NCBI GenBank assembly: GCA_049999805.1
Contig: JBNGIO010006370.1
Coordinates: 59,329 to 117,074 of the forward strand
Origin: Folioceros fuciformis
Lineage: Eukaryota
DNA: 57,746 nucleotides
Direction of reading: 5' to 3'
The notes beneath the pieces were generated by a model. It did no database searches, was not told where the DNA came from, and was given only the letters and a program-made list of their open reading frames with translations. Every line of letters begins with the position of its first letter. Positions within the stretch are counted from its first letter, which is position 1. Shown piece by piece: positions 24,196 through 37,200 of the stretch. A program made the translations under genes and the position numbers.

Positions 24196-27000
24196 AAGCC
24201 TCGTCAAGGGGAGACCCTTCCCCTCCGATGGCCATGCATAAAGCGGTGGATCCCTCTTGCGTGGGAGCTGGGAGACGTAGAGTCTCTACGACCAGGGAGG
24301 GATGACTTCAGACCGAGCCTACCAAACTAGATGGTACAATCCAAGGCCTTGGAGAAGGAACCCCTACCGCTTCTTCGATAGCGATTCCCTCCTCGGCGGA
24401 CTCATGGAGTACACGGAGTACCTCCATATGGTAGAATGTGAAGCTGTCATCCAATTATTGGATGGCATCTGTGACCATTCTTCGAAGGATTCGGTACTCT
24501 AGTCTCCATCGCGTCTTTGGCAAGTCCGTATGCTAAGCAGCACCAGCTCCCACATACCTCCAAAGGTCTTTCAAGGCCACGAAGGTGGCTCAAGCCTCCT
24601 GTGGAAGATGCAATGTGGTGATGGCCTCCACCTTCGTCTTGAGAAGTCCGACCTCGGTGTCTGCACTCCTGTTCTTGAGCTCTCCCACCTTTGTCCGAAG
24701 TTCCCCGTTTTTGTTTGAAGCTTCTTCATTCGCTTTATCAACCAATTGCTCATGTTGGTCCACAGTTCTTCGTGGTTTTGAAGGTTTTCTCGCATGAGGG
24801 TCATCACCGTCCGTAAGGTGCGAACTTCATGTAGGGCTGCCTTCTCCATCGCTTAGGAGTTGCACAATTTTACCCATAGATCCTCTACATGTCATACTAA
24901 CTCCGTTCCCTTCCGGGTAAGCTCCTTCTCTGTGGCGAGGGCTTAGTTCCTCTCTCTTTGATATCGGTCTCGGTCTGCCAGATGCTACTTGCAAGCATGT
25001 GTAGGTTCATTTCCCTCTTCAGCCACACCATCCTCTCCTCTACGTGGGCGACCTCCATGGCTATCCCTTGGTGCTCTGTTAGCTTGTTGCACTCGACCTC
25101 AGCTTCTTCGAGTTGTCGTCCTAGGGTCATAATCTGCTGCTCCCGCTCCAAGCTATGTGCTTCAAGCCCCGAGAGCTACTGCATGCAGTGGTCGTGCTCT
25201 TCTCGGAGCTTGCTAGACTCATCTCAAAGTTCCGAGGCGAGACTTGCAGCTCATTCCTTTAGAGCAGTTAACTACGCTACTAATTCCGTCATTTGCCACA
25301 ACAATGATTCGCCCTCCTAGGCAGCCACCTGCCTAAAAGACTAGGCCAAACCTTCAGCCATGGAGGCCACAATCCCTTGGGTTCCTACGTCGCTCCCTTT
25401 GAGGTGGCTCTAAAGTAAAAATGGTAGTCGGGGGGCAGTTGAGCCCTGCGAAATGACGTCCAAATAGCCCACCTCATTGCAATTAAATTCGTGATACCCC
25501 CTTTGATTAGGATGATAGACCACGGTAGGGTCCTCCATGGTGGGTTGTGCGGCGAGATCTGGCACAACTCCAACCAAGGGTGGACTAGGGGATTGTAGTC
25601 CTCTCCCCTTCTTCCTCCCATGTGGAGATGGCGGCCACTTTTCTACAAGTGTGCAACTAGCTGGACCAACTCCATCTAATCTACCTGCTCCCATTTCATG
25701 GGAGCACCTTGCAGTTTGAAACCAGTTATCCACAGGTTGTCCGGTTCAGGGCTGGTACGAGGAGGAGCTCTACAAGGGAATCCTCTTGGATGTTGTCATT
25801 GAGGGTTGGGCACTCCAACGCTTGGGTGGAGGGGCTTCCTTGGCCGGTGTAGTCGTTGTCTTCTGTTTCTTGGTTGAAGGAGGGTTGGCTGGAGAGATGG
25901 GGACGAAGGGAGGAGCCATCTGAGGGGACTCTGGTTTAGATGCTCTACTAGCCACCTCTTCTTCCGTGGTGTCGGACAGCGAGAGTGGTACTGGGCCATG
26001 GGCAGAGCTTTAGGAATTTGGGTGGCCAGTACCACGACCCTCTTCTTTCGAGTGGAAGTGAGGGCTGGAGTAGCACTAGGAGGGGATGCCCAAGTAGAAG
26101 GGGTGAGCCGAGCCATCTTCATCCTTTTCAAGTCCGTTAAGGCCTTGCAATGACCCTAGACATGGAAAAGGAAAGGAGATAACCCTGAGGTTGGTGGCTT
26201 CTCCTACCTTAACCTCCTAACATTGAATGACGATGAGGCGCGCCACTTCTCTACTTCACAAGTCTTTGATGTTGTGAATCATCTACCCGTTTGTGGTCTT
26301 GAATGATACGTTCATCACAAGTGCTTTGGCGACTTCCTTGACCAAAGCTTTATTCTACTGTGAATTCAAGTAAATCCCTCCACACTTCGAGGCTGGTCAT
26401 TTGTAGACTTCCCACATCATCTGGATGGCCCAAAGAAGAGGGTTGTCTCGAACCTTGATGAACTGCTTTCCCTGCATGCAACGCCAAATGGTCCGAGCTA
26501 ATTCCCAAACCGCTGCAATATACTTGGTGTTCTAGGGGAATAGGAACATACCCAACTCCCACTACTCCATGAGGTCACCAGCAGCCGCCACCCAAGGTGT
26601 GAAATTCGGATACCCTTGAGGTTGTATCTAATCCCTGTTGCTCCGCCAACCGTTGCTGGCTTTGAGAAACTAACCTGGTGCCATCTATGGGGAAGAAGTG
26701 GAGGAAGGAAGGATTGGAGAGAGTGAGGTGAGCAAGGGACTAGGAAACTTGATGCAACTAATGGAGTGGGGCTATCTCATGAAAAGACATAAGAGGAGTC
26801 GGAGTGGTGGTGGACTTCGAAATGGCGCCAAAGGAGGTGCGTCGGTAGCGTAATGTTAGAGTACCTTAGCGTAAGAGCTTACGTTGCTGCTATTGCAACC
26901 ATCCCGAGATGGTTACCCTCTTTTGTCCTCATGATGACAAGTACATCAGGCACTAATCCAATCGTGAGTTGCGTCATTCCGTTCGCCAACTAGCTCAGTT
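24196..27000 (-). mobile_element. Degraded TE-like sequence with coiled-coil and Pro/Lys-rich ORF remnants, truncating the host copia
   Basis: Fragmented minus-strand ORFs (24571-24849, 24897-25151, 25770-25955); abrupt junction with copia integrase at about 24195; no catalytic motif recognised. Confidence 0.35.
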
Positions 27001-28149
27001 TGGACCACTAAGTTTGGCATGCCTTTAACTTTGAGAATCTGCAAGTAATGACTAAAAAGAGATTATTCATACTTAAAAGAAAAGCATAATGAACCTAGGA
27101 CTCACGTTCGACAAAGGGTTCGTCGGAACACTAGGATAATACTCTGGTGTTTTGGTGCTCACAGCAAGCAATGTGAAGCTTTCGAGCAAGAGGCCGTAGG
27201 TAGTGTGACAAATATGATCCATTAGCACAACAACACAGCGCTCTAAGAAGAGAGCGCTATGTATAAGTTGAGAAGTTAACTTCACGAAGGGCCCAATCAT
27301 GGACATCAGCAGAGGATGCCACCACCTGCAAACAAGACATAGATTAGCAGACGTTTGGGTTAAGAAGGGAAGTCGAAGTCACATACACTGTGGCGGATCT
27401 AACAACCCTTCAAATAAGGTCACAAAAAAAATCAACTGTTTGGGCCAAGGAAGGAAGTCACAACGTCTGCGGTGATAGAAGTAACCCTTCCATGCTAGAA
27501 GTACGCGGACAAGGACCCCATTCGCAGCGATGAAAAGAAACCCAGTAGATGTCACAAAGAAGTCTGCATAAGCTGTCACAAGCATATTTGTATGTAGATA
27601 TAAGCTAGGGCTCTCCTTCTTGCCTCTTCATTACCTAAAATAGTTTCCCCCCAGCCCTCCCGTCCATATTTTTCCATATTGGAGGCCTAGCTTGAGCATG
27701 AGCCTCCGTGAGCCATTCCGAACCTCGCGAGAGACTACCAAACCCAAGACTTATGGCTAGTGCTTGCTCAGGATGCAAAGATGGTTCATTGGCCTTAAGA
27801 GGCCAAGGACAGCCCTATCAAGAGTAGATGACCTAGCCTGCAAGGGATGCCAATTGGTGAAACTTAATTGGGTAGCCTTAAAACTTGGCTAGACTTGAAG
27901 GATAGAGCAATGTGGTATGTAGGTACCATGGATCATTAGGATAGGAATGCATGACAAATTGGTTAAAATATTACTTATCACTGATCAACTCAACTACTTT
28001 GTATCTTTGTAGTAGCCAACAATAATGTGAGAGCTCTAGGTTAGAAGCAGCAACTATTTGCCACCGATGACTTTATGGAATTTGACCCATAGTTTCAATT
28101 TGCCTTTTCTAGAAGTAGAGTTACGAGTTTAAGAAGATAGTAAGGACAC

Positions 28150-28530
28150 AGTGATGGATAGATCTTGCATCAAACTATGTATTAGCGAGCAACATTAGAC
28201 AAAGTAGTAGAATGTAGCATAAGAGAAAGTATTGAAAAGTAGTATCAAACAAGGTATTAGAGAGTAGCATTAGTCCCTTAAGGTATTGGGCAGCAACATG
28301 AAACAAGGTACTAGAGAATAGCATTGGATATTGGACAAGGTATCATAGAGTAGCATTAAACCCTTAAGGTATTGAACAGCAACATCACACCAGCTATTAG
28401 AGAATAGCATCAAGGCATGGACAGTATTATTAGACAAGGTATTAGGAATAGTATTGGATATTAGACAAGGCATAAGAGAGTAACATCCAACATAGTATTA
28501 GATAGTAGTATCAAACAAGGTATTGGACAA
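28150..28530. repeat. Degenerate AT-rich tandem repeat, about 24-26-bp unit
   Basis: Recurrent AGTAGCATCAAACAAGGTATTAG/GG variants. Confidence 0.7.
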
Positions 28531-29007
28531 CAAGATCAATGTCATTTAAATGCAATCCAAGCACATACAACATCAAGGGAGGCTAGAGGCCCAAAAAAAA
28601 CGTCTCTCAGTACTAGGGGCCTTGAAGGACTTGAATGCTAAGAAGGCTTGTGTTGTGTGTATAGGAAGTCTTAAAATACACTAAACCCTTATTGATCATC
28701 TTCCACGTTCATCTAGCTCTAGGCTTGGCTTGTTGGTTCCTATATTTTGTACTCGCCTACATGCCCACACACTAGTTTTTGCATAGGAGATGGCCCAGGG
28801 TCGACAACACTTTTTCTGAAAGCTCCCAACAATATCGTTCCAAAAATAAGCTAGAGACGTTGTAATGAAAGGGCGCAGCTGAGCGACTACTGACCAAGCA
28901 TGATCCCGTTTCCTAAAACGCAAGGAGCTCTTAGAAAGGAGATGTTGTGCGAGCGAGGCTAAAGCTACGAGGGAACCAGCGATGGAGAAAAGCGACGACA
29001 TCTCTTC

Positions 29008-31587
29008 TTGCCTTCTTCGAGATGGGTTGGGTTTTCATGGCTATTTCACATGAGATGTAACCTGCGATTTACAGACACGCGTGTCGTGGTGATGAAGCAC
29101 CAAGGATGCACGTTTCTGCAACAGCCCAATGTTTTGTCCGCCAGCCAGGCCCGGGCTATCGATAGCAGGTATGTGGGCAGCCGCATGTGCCAGTTGGGGG
29201 CAACGGCAGGAACGTCCTCAGTGGCTCGGGGAGCAGCAGAGGCTGGGCAGGGGCAGAAGGAGCGGCAGGAGGTTTTGTGGCAAGACCTCTTCTCAGATCC
29301 GTGGCAGTGGTGGGACTACCGGGCGGATGCCAAGAGCCCACAGTATCCGGACTTCAGGCACAAGACCTCGAAGCAGGCACTGTGGCTCAACAATTTGTAC
29401 AAGCCTGAGTGGGTGGATGAGGAGCTGGCCAGGAGGGATGTTGGGTTGTCCAAATTCACATCCAGCATGGTACAGACCTTGAGCAGACACTGCGAGCAGG
29501 GGACGGTGGGCGAGGCTGTGGACATTTTGGAGCTCTTGGTGCAGAGAGGATGCTCTGTAAGCCTGTCCGTTTTCCGGTTGGTTTTGAAAAAATGCGGGAC
29601 TGCGAGGGATGTGAGCGTGGGGAAGCGGGTGCATGCGCTGGCTGTTACAAGTGGGTACGAGTCTAGCGCATTCCTGGCCAACCATATCATCTGTATGTAC
29701 GCTTGCCACGGGGAATTAGAGGAAGCTGTGCAGGTGTTCAGCAAGGTGCTTGTTCCAGATGCTTACATGTGGTCGTCCATGATCATGGCTTTTGGGCGAC
29801 AGGGAAAACCAGCGGAAGCTATCAGATTCTACCTGCGGATGCGAGAATCGGGTGTGGAGCCTGACAACCATATATTTGTGGCAGTTCTCAAGGCTTGTGC
29901 CAATGCGGCGGATTTGGTTTCGGGCAAGCAGGTGCATGCTGATATCGTGACCAGTGGTGTGCGGCCCAATGTCTTCGTTGGTAACAGCCTGGTGAACATG
30001 TATGCAAAATGCGGGAGCCTGGACGATGCACGTGAAGTGTTTGACGCCTTGGAAACTAGGGATTCGGTGACATGGAATGCAATCATCACCGGGTATACAC
30101 AGCAGGGGATGGGTCGGGAAGCTCTGGCACTGTATTCGAGGATGCTGGAGGAGGGCATTGCTCCAGCTGACCAAGCCACATTTGTGTGTCTCCTGAAAGC
30201 GTGTGCAAGTGCCGGGGCTTTACACGAGGGTAGGCAGCTTCATGAATTGATTCAAAAGAGGAGACTGGAAGGTGATCTTGTAGTTGGGAGCTGCCTGATA
30301 GACTTGTATTCTAAGTGGGGGGGTGTAGAGGACGCTCGCAAAGTGTTTGACGGATTGTGCAGCAAAGATGTGGTGGCGTGGACTGCCATGATCACAGGGT
30401 ATGCACAGCAGGGAATGGCTGAGGAAGCCCTGTGCCTTTACAAGAGTATGCTGCAGGAGGGCATCACTTCACCTAATCGTGTCACATTTCTCTCTCTCCT
30501 TCACGCATGTGCCACTGTGGGCGCTGCGCAGCAGGGAATGCAGCTTCATGCTCAGATCCGTGAAAGAGGTCTGGAAACGGATGTGCTGGTGGGCAACTGC
30601 CTGGTGGACATGTATGCAAAATGTGGAAGGTTGGAGGCTGCACGATCCGTCTTTGATGCCTTGCCCGTCAGGGATGTGGTGGCATGGAGCGCTCTGCTCA
30701 ATGGCTATGCTGAGCACAGTGATTGCCACATGGCATTCCAGTGTTTCAGAGAGATGCTTCAGCAAGGCGTGGAGCCTAATGGGACCACCTTCAGTAGTCT
30801 TCTCGTGGCATGTAGTCATGCAGGGCTCGTCCTTGAAGGCCAGCAATTCTTCCGGATGATGGTGGATGACTACTGCATTGTCCCCGATGACCATCACTAC
30901 AACTGCGTGGTTGATCTCCTTGGGCGAGCAGGCCGTTTGGATGAGGCAGAACATATTCTGCTCACCATGCCGCTGGATTGTCATGTAGTGGGATGGACTT
31001 CCCTGCTAAGTGCCTGCAAAAGCTACGGTGATGTGGAACGTGGAGAGCGATGCTTCCAACGCCTGGTAGAAGAAGAACCTGAAGTAGCAACTCCCTACGT
31101 TCTCTTAGGTAGCATGTATGCAAATGCTGCCAGGTGGGAAGACTTAGATCACGTAGAGAGCCTTAGAAAGGGGGCAGGTGCTTGGAAGAAGCCAGCCAAG
31201 GCTTGCATCGAGGTGAAGAACAAGGTGCATGAGTTCACAGTGGGTGACGAAAGGTCTGATGTTGCATCTATGCTGAGGGATGTGAGTACTAAATTGAAAT
31301 TGGGCGGCCATGTGCCAGAAACATGGTTGGTCCCCAAGGTAGCCTCTGAGCAGGAGAAGGAAGACGCTTTGTGTGGACATGCCGAGAAACTGGCTCTGGC
31401 ATATGGTCTGCTCAACACTCCAGATGGTACAACTCTGCTTGTAACTAAAAACCTGCGCATGTGCCATGACTGCCACAGCAGCACCAAGATTATGTCACGT
31501 GTGGAGCATCGAGAAATCGTAGTAAGAGATGTACACCGAGTACATCGCTTTCTGAATGGTGCTTGTTCTTGTGGGGATCGGCACTAA
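29008..31587 (+). CDS. PLS-PPR protein with DYW:KP domain ending GDRH and an N-terminal OSB/PDF-like motif; candidate organellar RNA editing factor
   Basis: PLS triplets; WKKPAKACIEV; LCGHAEKLALAYGL; KNLRMCHDCH; HRFLNGACSCGDRH*; intronless; true start probably ATG 29050 or 29092. Confidence 0.93.
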   Translation: MPSSRWVGFSWLFHMRCNLRFTDTRVVVMKHQGCTFLQQPNVLSASQARAIDSRYVGSRMCQLGATAGTSSVARGAAEAGQGQKERQEVLWQDLFSDPWQWWDYRADAKSPQYPDFRHKTSKQALWLNNLYKPEWVDEELARRDVGLSKFTSSMVQTLSRHCEQGTVGEAVDILELLVQRGCSVSLSVFRLVLKKCGTARDVSVGKRVHALAVTSGYESSAFLANHIICMYACHGELEEAVQVFSKVLVPDAYMWSSMIMAFGRQGKPAEAIRFYLRMRESGVEPDNHIFVAVLKACANAADLVSGKQVHADIVTSGVRPNVFVGNSLVNMYAKCGSLDDAREVFDALETRDSVTWNAIITGYTQQGMGREALALYSRMLEEGIAPADQATFVCLLKACASAGALHEGRQLHELIQKRRLEGDLVVGSCLIDLYSKWGGVEDARKVFDGLCSKDVVAWTAMITGYAQQGMAEEALCLYKSMLQEGITSPNRVTFLSLLHACATVGAAQQGMQLHAQIRERGLETDVLVGNCLVDMYAKCGRLEAARSVFDALPVRDVVAWSALLNGYAEHSDCHMAFQCFREMLQQGVEPNGTTFSSLLVACSHAGLVLEGQQFFRMMVDDYCIVPDDHHYNCVVDLLGRAGRLDEAEHILLTMPLDCHVVGWTSLLSACKSYGDVERGERCFQRLVEEEPEVATPYVLLGSMYANAARWEDLDHVESLRKGAGAWKKPAKACIEVKNKVHEFTVGDERSDVASMLRDVSTKLKLGGHVPETWLVPKVASEQEKEDALCGHAEKLALAYGLLNTPDGTTLLVTKNLRMCHDCHSSTKIMSRVEHREIVVRDVHRVHRFLNGACSCGDRH

Positions 31588-32149
31588 TGCAAGTCAAATA
31601 CCGTCTCCTAAATTCCGTCTTCACAAGTTTAATGCATTAGCCATGTTACGCCCGTCGCTGCAGGGGATCTTTCCTCTTGCGATCTTCGCGGCCATTCTTT
31701 GTTTCTTGCCAAATTCATGTGGATGCCGACAATACGGCTCACACTAATCTGTTGGATCCAATACCGTCCCTAATCCGAAAACTCCGTCTTTGACAGAGGC
31801 CAGTGCTCGTTCTTTATAAGAGCGGAACATGAGGTTCTTGGGAATGAAGAATCGGTCGTGGAGAAGATGAGGAGCTCATAGGAAACTGAGTCGTGGGTCC
31901 ATAGGGAACTGAGTCGTGGTTGCGGATTCATTAGGAACAAGTGGTTGTGACGCGGATGAAGAGAAGAAGTCCATAGGGAACTTAGTCGTGCCGACGGATG
32001 ACAGGAAGAAGTCTTTAGTCCATGCTTTTTGAGTGCCACGTCTAAAACAAAGCGGGAAGTCTTCAAAGAGTTTGATATACATTATTGGAAAAAAAATGGA
32101 AAATCGAATAGGGCTCGCGCCCAAAGATGTTGTTGGAAATGACAAGAGG

Positions 32150-33430
32150 ACTAGGTGCCAAAGAAGGCCTACCAACGCAAAGGCTAATGCCCTTTGCATA
32201 ACAATGGACAAGCGTTGGCAACGCCATTTGCAGAGAGACAGGAGTGGCATTGGCCAATGCCCTTTCCGTAATTACGGAGTGACATTGGCCAGGCAATGCC
32301 CTTTTGCATAGCCACGAAGTGGCATTGGCCAGCCAATGTCCTTTGTAGAGCGATAGAGACACATTGGCCAATGCCCTTTGCAAATGTATTTTCAAAAAAA
32401 TGCCACCATCGATGAAAGAGGAAAAGCCCATTTGCAATGCGACAAAGAGGCGTTGGCAACACCCTTTGCAAAGCGACGAAAATGCGTTGGCAAAAAAAAT
32501 AGGCCTACCAACAATAGGTGCCAAAGAAGCTACTTGATCTTCACTTATCATTGTTGTAGAGAGTGCAAAGGCCAATGCCCTTTGCAGAGCGATGGAAAGG
32601 GCTTGGCCTATGCCATTTGTAGAGCGACGCAGAGGGATTGGCCAACGCCCATTGCAGAATGATGCAAAGAGGTTGACACTATTTGCAAAGCAACATGAAA
32701 GTGTTGGCCAGCGCCCTTGCAAATGCATTTTCAAAAAAGACGACCATCGAGGAAAGAGGAAAACCCCATTTGCAATGTGTCAAAGAGGTGTTGGCCAAAG
32801 CCCTTTGCAAAGTGACGAAAATGCGTTGGCCAAAAAAATAGGCCTATCAACAATAAGTGCCTAAGAAGCTACTTGACCTACACTTGTTGATGTTGTAGAG
32901 AGTGCAAAGGCTAGTGCCCTTTGCAGAGCGATAGAAAGGGGTTGGCCAACACCCTTTGTAGAGTGAGGTAGAGGGGTTGGCTAATGCCCTTTTCAGAGTG
33001 ATGTAGAGGTGTTGGCTAACGCCATTTGCAGAATGATGCGCAGGGATTGACCAATGCCCTTTGTAGAATGACGTAGAGACGTGTTAACCAAAAAATCAGG
33101 CCTACCCATAATAGGAGCCAAAGAAGCCGCTTGACGTGTAGTTGTTGTTGTTCTAGAGAGCACAAAGGCCAATACTCATTGGGGAGCAATAGAGGTGCAT
33201 TGGCCAACGTCCTTTGTAGAGCGATGGAGATGCATTGGCCAATGTCCCTTGTAGAGTAATGGAGATGCATTAGCCAATGTCCTTTGTAGAGTAATGGAGA
33301 TGCATTGGCCAATATCCCTGCAATACACTACAATGAAGATGCATTGGCCTACTCCCTTTGCACAACAACTGAGACGCGTTGGTCAATGCCCTTTGCACAG
33401 TGATGAAGACACATTGGTCAGCAACCTTCG
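32150..33430. repeat. Degenerate minisatellite of about 30-32-bp units with higher-order blocks
   Basis: Many copies of core TTGGCCAA(T/C)GCCCTTTG(C/T)AGAG; 32360-32600 resembles 32700-32940 and 33050-33220. Confidence 0.8.
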
Positions 33431-34292
33431 TAAATGTATTGTGGAGAAAAAGCCACCAGCGAGGAAAGAGAAAAGACTCATCCTTATGACTATGATATAC
33501 TTTGCACACTCCTTGATGAGCCATGAAATGACATTGCTCATGGCCTCATGTTTAAAGAGAATCATACGTAGAGAATACTCATGGACTTCCATAGTCACAC
33601 AATCCTCCATAGAAAGATTTACTTGTCATATAGGAGAATACTTTTGGACTTTCACAATCACACAATCCTCAATTGAAAGATCTGCAAAGGAGAATACTTA
33701 TGGACTTTCACCATCACACAATCCTCCCTCGTCCATGAGGGTGGTTGATGAGCTCTGTCATACATGGACAACCCCATGTGCTTGTGCTTGTGCTTGATGA
33801 TCACTGTAATTGACAAACCCATGTGCTCGCAAATTAAATCCCTAGTGAGATCCATGACAAGCACGTAAATAACACAAACATGTTCCCCTTGTGAATAAAA
33901 GGTATGACAATTATCTGAACAACTTTAATAATAGATAAACTTCTCACCTCTCGAATAAAGATCCAGATACATGAGATGCCATTTGATAGCAGGAAACTTT
34001 GTAACCTTGAAGGCTAGTACTTTGTGTATAGTTTCTATTTCAATAAAAGAATTTCGGACACAAAGTACATGACATATTTTGCATACCAAATATTACGTTA
34101 TGTCTAATGTTGAGTTGTGGAAGGGGAAGAGGTGGCCTTGCGCCGCGAAGCCGAGAGTCCCGCCGTGTTCCCGACGAGGTGACTGGGGAGCAGGGGGCAG
34201 AGCGAGACAGAGAGAGAAAGAGAGAGCGGGGGGCATGCAAGTGAAGCAAACTGGAGGCGCATGCTGAAGAAGCAGGGTCAGAGAGGGTCGGC

Positions 34293-37200
34293 ATGGTGGG
34301 AGCCGCTAATCAGGCGCTCGGAGACGAAGCGCCGTCCTCGTTCCAGCTCCGACTGCAGCGTCATCAGCAGCAGCAGCAACAACACCAACCGCAGCAGCAC
34401 ATGGATGGCGGCGATCGCTCAAGCTACGGCACCGGCGCCGGCGCTGGTGGCAAGGCCAGGTCCAGCGCGGCGCCCAACCGGCGCAAGACGCCCTACGATC
34501 GTCCCTCCCAAGGCCGCCATGCCTCTGCTAGCCCGCACGCCGCCTCGCGAATCAATGGAGCGGCTCCAGGTCTGCCGTCGTCATCCTCCTGGCTCGGCGC
34601 AGGTCTCGTCGGCACCGCCTCCAAGTTCTTGACCTCCAGCGCCTCCTACCTCTTCTCTTCCGTTTTCGGGCGCCGCGAGAATTCCGGCACTCCGTTGGCT
34701 CTGCCCCAAGGCGGCGACACTACTCCAGGTACTGCTCCGAGAGCGTTGATTCACGACCCGCCTTCCTTTTTCCCGTCTGCCCGTCTGCGCAGTTGCCTGG
34801 TCTTGCTGCGGGAATGGCTAGGTCAACGACCCGGCGCCTCGTTCAGCCGTGACCTAGGTCGGGGGTCTTGGTCTCTGCGGCGGGGCAGCTGTGGCGTGCT
34901 GCGGGGAGTCTGGCTGGCCCTCTTCGACACAGTCTGCTGACTGGGTTGTGTCCCTGGCAAGACTGCACTCTGACTGAGGGGGCTTTGTTGTTATGTGACA
35001 GTCGAGCGGGAAGACAATGGCGAACACGTTGTACAAGTCTCGCAATCCAAATCTATGGTAGGTCGTCGTTGCTTGTTCGTTATGTTAGTCTCAGTTTTGG
35101 TTCTGGAGCTGCGACCTAGGTTACGCCGATTTGGAGGCGCGGCGTGGATGCTTGTCCATCCTCAGCAAGAATGGTGGTCATCCTGTCCCTGTCCCCTTTC
35201 AGGAGATCGGCGACGGGCAGGGAAGACCGTCACACCAGCCGCACATCGCGGAAACATCAAGGACGCCTGAATCGTTATGGAGAAAACCCACACTTACCAG
35301 GTGAGCTGGCGTCCATTCCCCAGGCAGTCCAATGTAGTTGCTTTAGGTCTCGTGCGAGTAAGTCGTGAGCTTGTGGGTTAGGTCTCCACCCTTCGTCCCA
35401 GCTCTCATGCCTGGGGTTTTTTTTTTTTTCTTTCCCAATGGACCGACAGCGAGGAGTATCTCCACCTGTCTCGATTACTCCAGTCAAGGATTGTTGACAA
35501 TGGGGCTGGTGAGGATCACGTGAGTGACGGCCATGAGATGAAGGGCACGGCAGATGGGTCTGAAAATCTGCTCGAATACGGGACACCAGTAGGGACCATG
35601 AGATGGAGGGATGAGCCCTTGAATCATGTTAATGACTCTAGGCAAAATGGCAGTCCGCGTAATGGAGCTGTGCAACCTTTCTTGACTACGCCTGGTGTTC
35701 GTGAGGTGAGCTTTCTGCTCTCTGTCTTTTATTTTATAAACTTGAGAATGAAGTCAAGATTAGAGTCCGTACATCTAATAAGCAATGTACTCGATTGTCT
35801 TCTAGACACTAAATCCTGTCATGTACCTTCCCGCAGTTAAATAATGGATCTGATTCGCCAGTCGATATTGCAAGGGCTTTCATGGGAGACCGTGCAGCAA
35901 GAGCACCTGGCTCTTTGTCACCCGCACAAGCACCGCAATTGGCTGTGGCAAACTCCTCTGATCCAGGCCCCTCTCCCTTACCTGTGAGCACCAGTGTCGT
36001 TGTTAAGAAGTCAGCGACAAATGAGTTTTCTCGTAATATATTCCAGACACCTGCAACTTGGTCTTCCAGACCTGTTGCGGGGCTGTATGGTACTCCATAT
36101 AGCAGGCCAAATCATTTGACTGCCGCAAGAGAGGTAATGTGCTTGCTTTCATATAGTTTGGAGTTGATGTGATAAATGATTGTACCTGTGTGTTTTATCA
36201 TTAATTTGTTTGGGTGCAGCTTCCTACAAGACCATCACCAGATGGCTCAGCGCCTTCAAGGTGGACTCCTATCAGGGCTCCCCTTACTAGTGGCTCGCAG
36301 GTAAGATGTGAATGGCTCTCTGTGTTGTATCATGATTTCTATCTCGGAACTGCTACATATTTATGTTGTATTCGGCAATGGCTTGCATTTGACACTCCAG
36401 AGTTTAAAACGGAGGAGCAATGCTCTGGATGATGGCTGGGCGTCAGTGGGTCCCATCAGAAGAACTAGGCGAAAATGGACTGTGGCACCCTCTGCAACTG
36501 GCTCTGGTCTGTTGAGATCTTTCGGGGACCCGTCAGATGGCGATGAAGGTGAAGCAAGACCGTTGAAGCTGGATTCGGACGATAGGAGCAGCCTTTTTGG
36601 GGAAAGCTCTGGTAGTAGGGGGAAGACTATTGCTGGCAGTAGTGGTTTGAAAAAAATAGACGATCGCAAGGGTGTGTCCAGTGCAGTAGTACCTGCTCAA
36701 TCCACTGAGACCGCTCGTAAAATATTGGAGACGTTGGATCGAATGGTACCATCCCCTGAGCAGAAGAAGTTGGATGAAGAGCTAGCCTGTGTCCGACGAA
36801 AGCCGCCTGGTCGTTTGACTGATGATATGCTTAATGATCGGGCCAGGAGGAGCATGCAGGATCCTGGAGATTTAGATTTAGGGGATCCAGAACTCCAGAA
36901 AGCTGGAGGTTATTTTTCAGGACAAGCGGCACGGAAATCTACACTGAGTGCTGCGAACGGGAAAGGTAAAGGTAAAGCGATTTTGCCTAGTGGGCCTCCT
37001 TCAATGCCTGACGAGGGAGCTGCAAGGGTGGTATCGTTCACGTCTGGTCCTCATGCTGCATCAGACTCTCCAGAAGGCTCTTCAAGGAATTTTAGGTCTT
37101 CTGTCCTGATTGATCCGTCTACTCCTACGGAGCAGGGTGGCTTTCGGATGAGCATTGACTCTGATGTAAGTACTGAATTCTTGAATGCTCTTCATTTCAA

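Noticed and set aside
32150-33430. CRISPR-like array
   Set aside because: Eukaryotic context, degenerate units, no unique spacers and no cas genes
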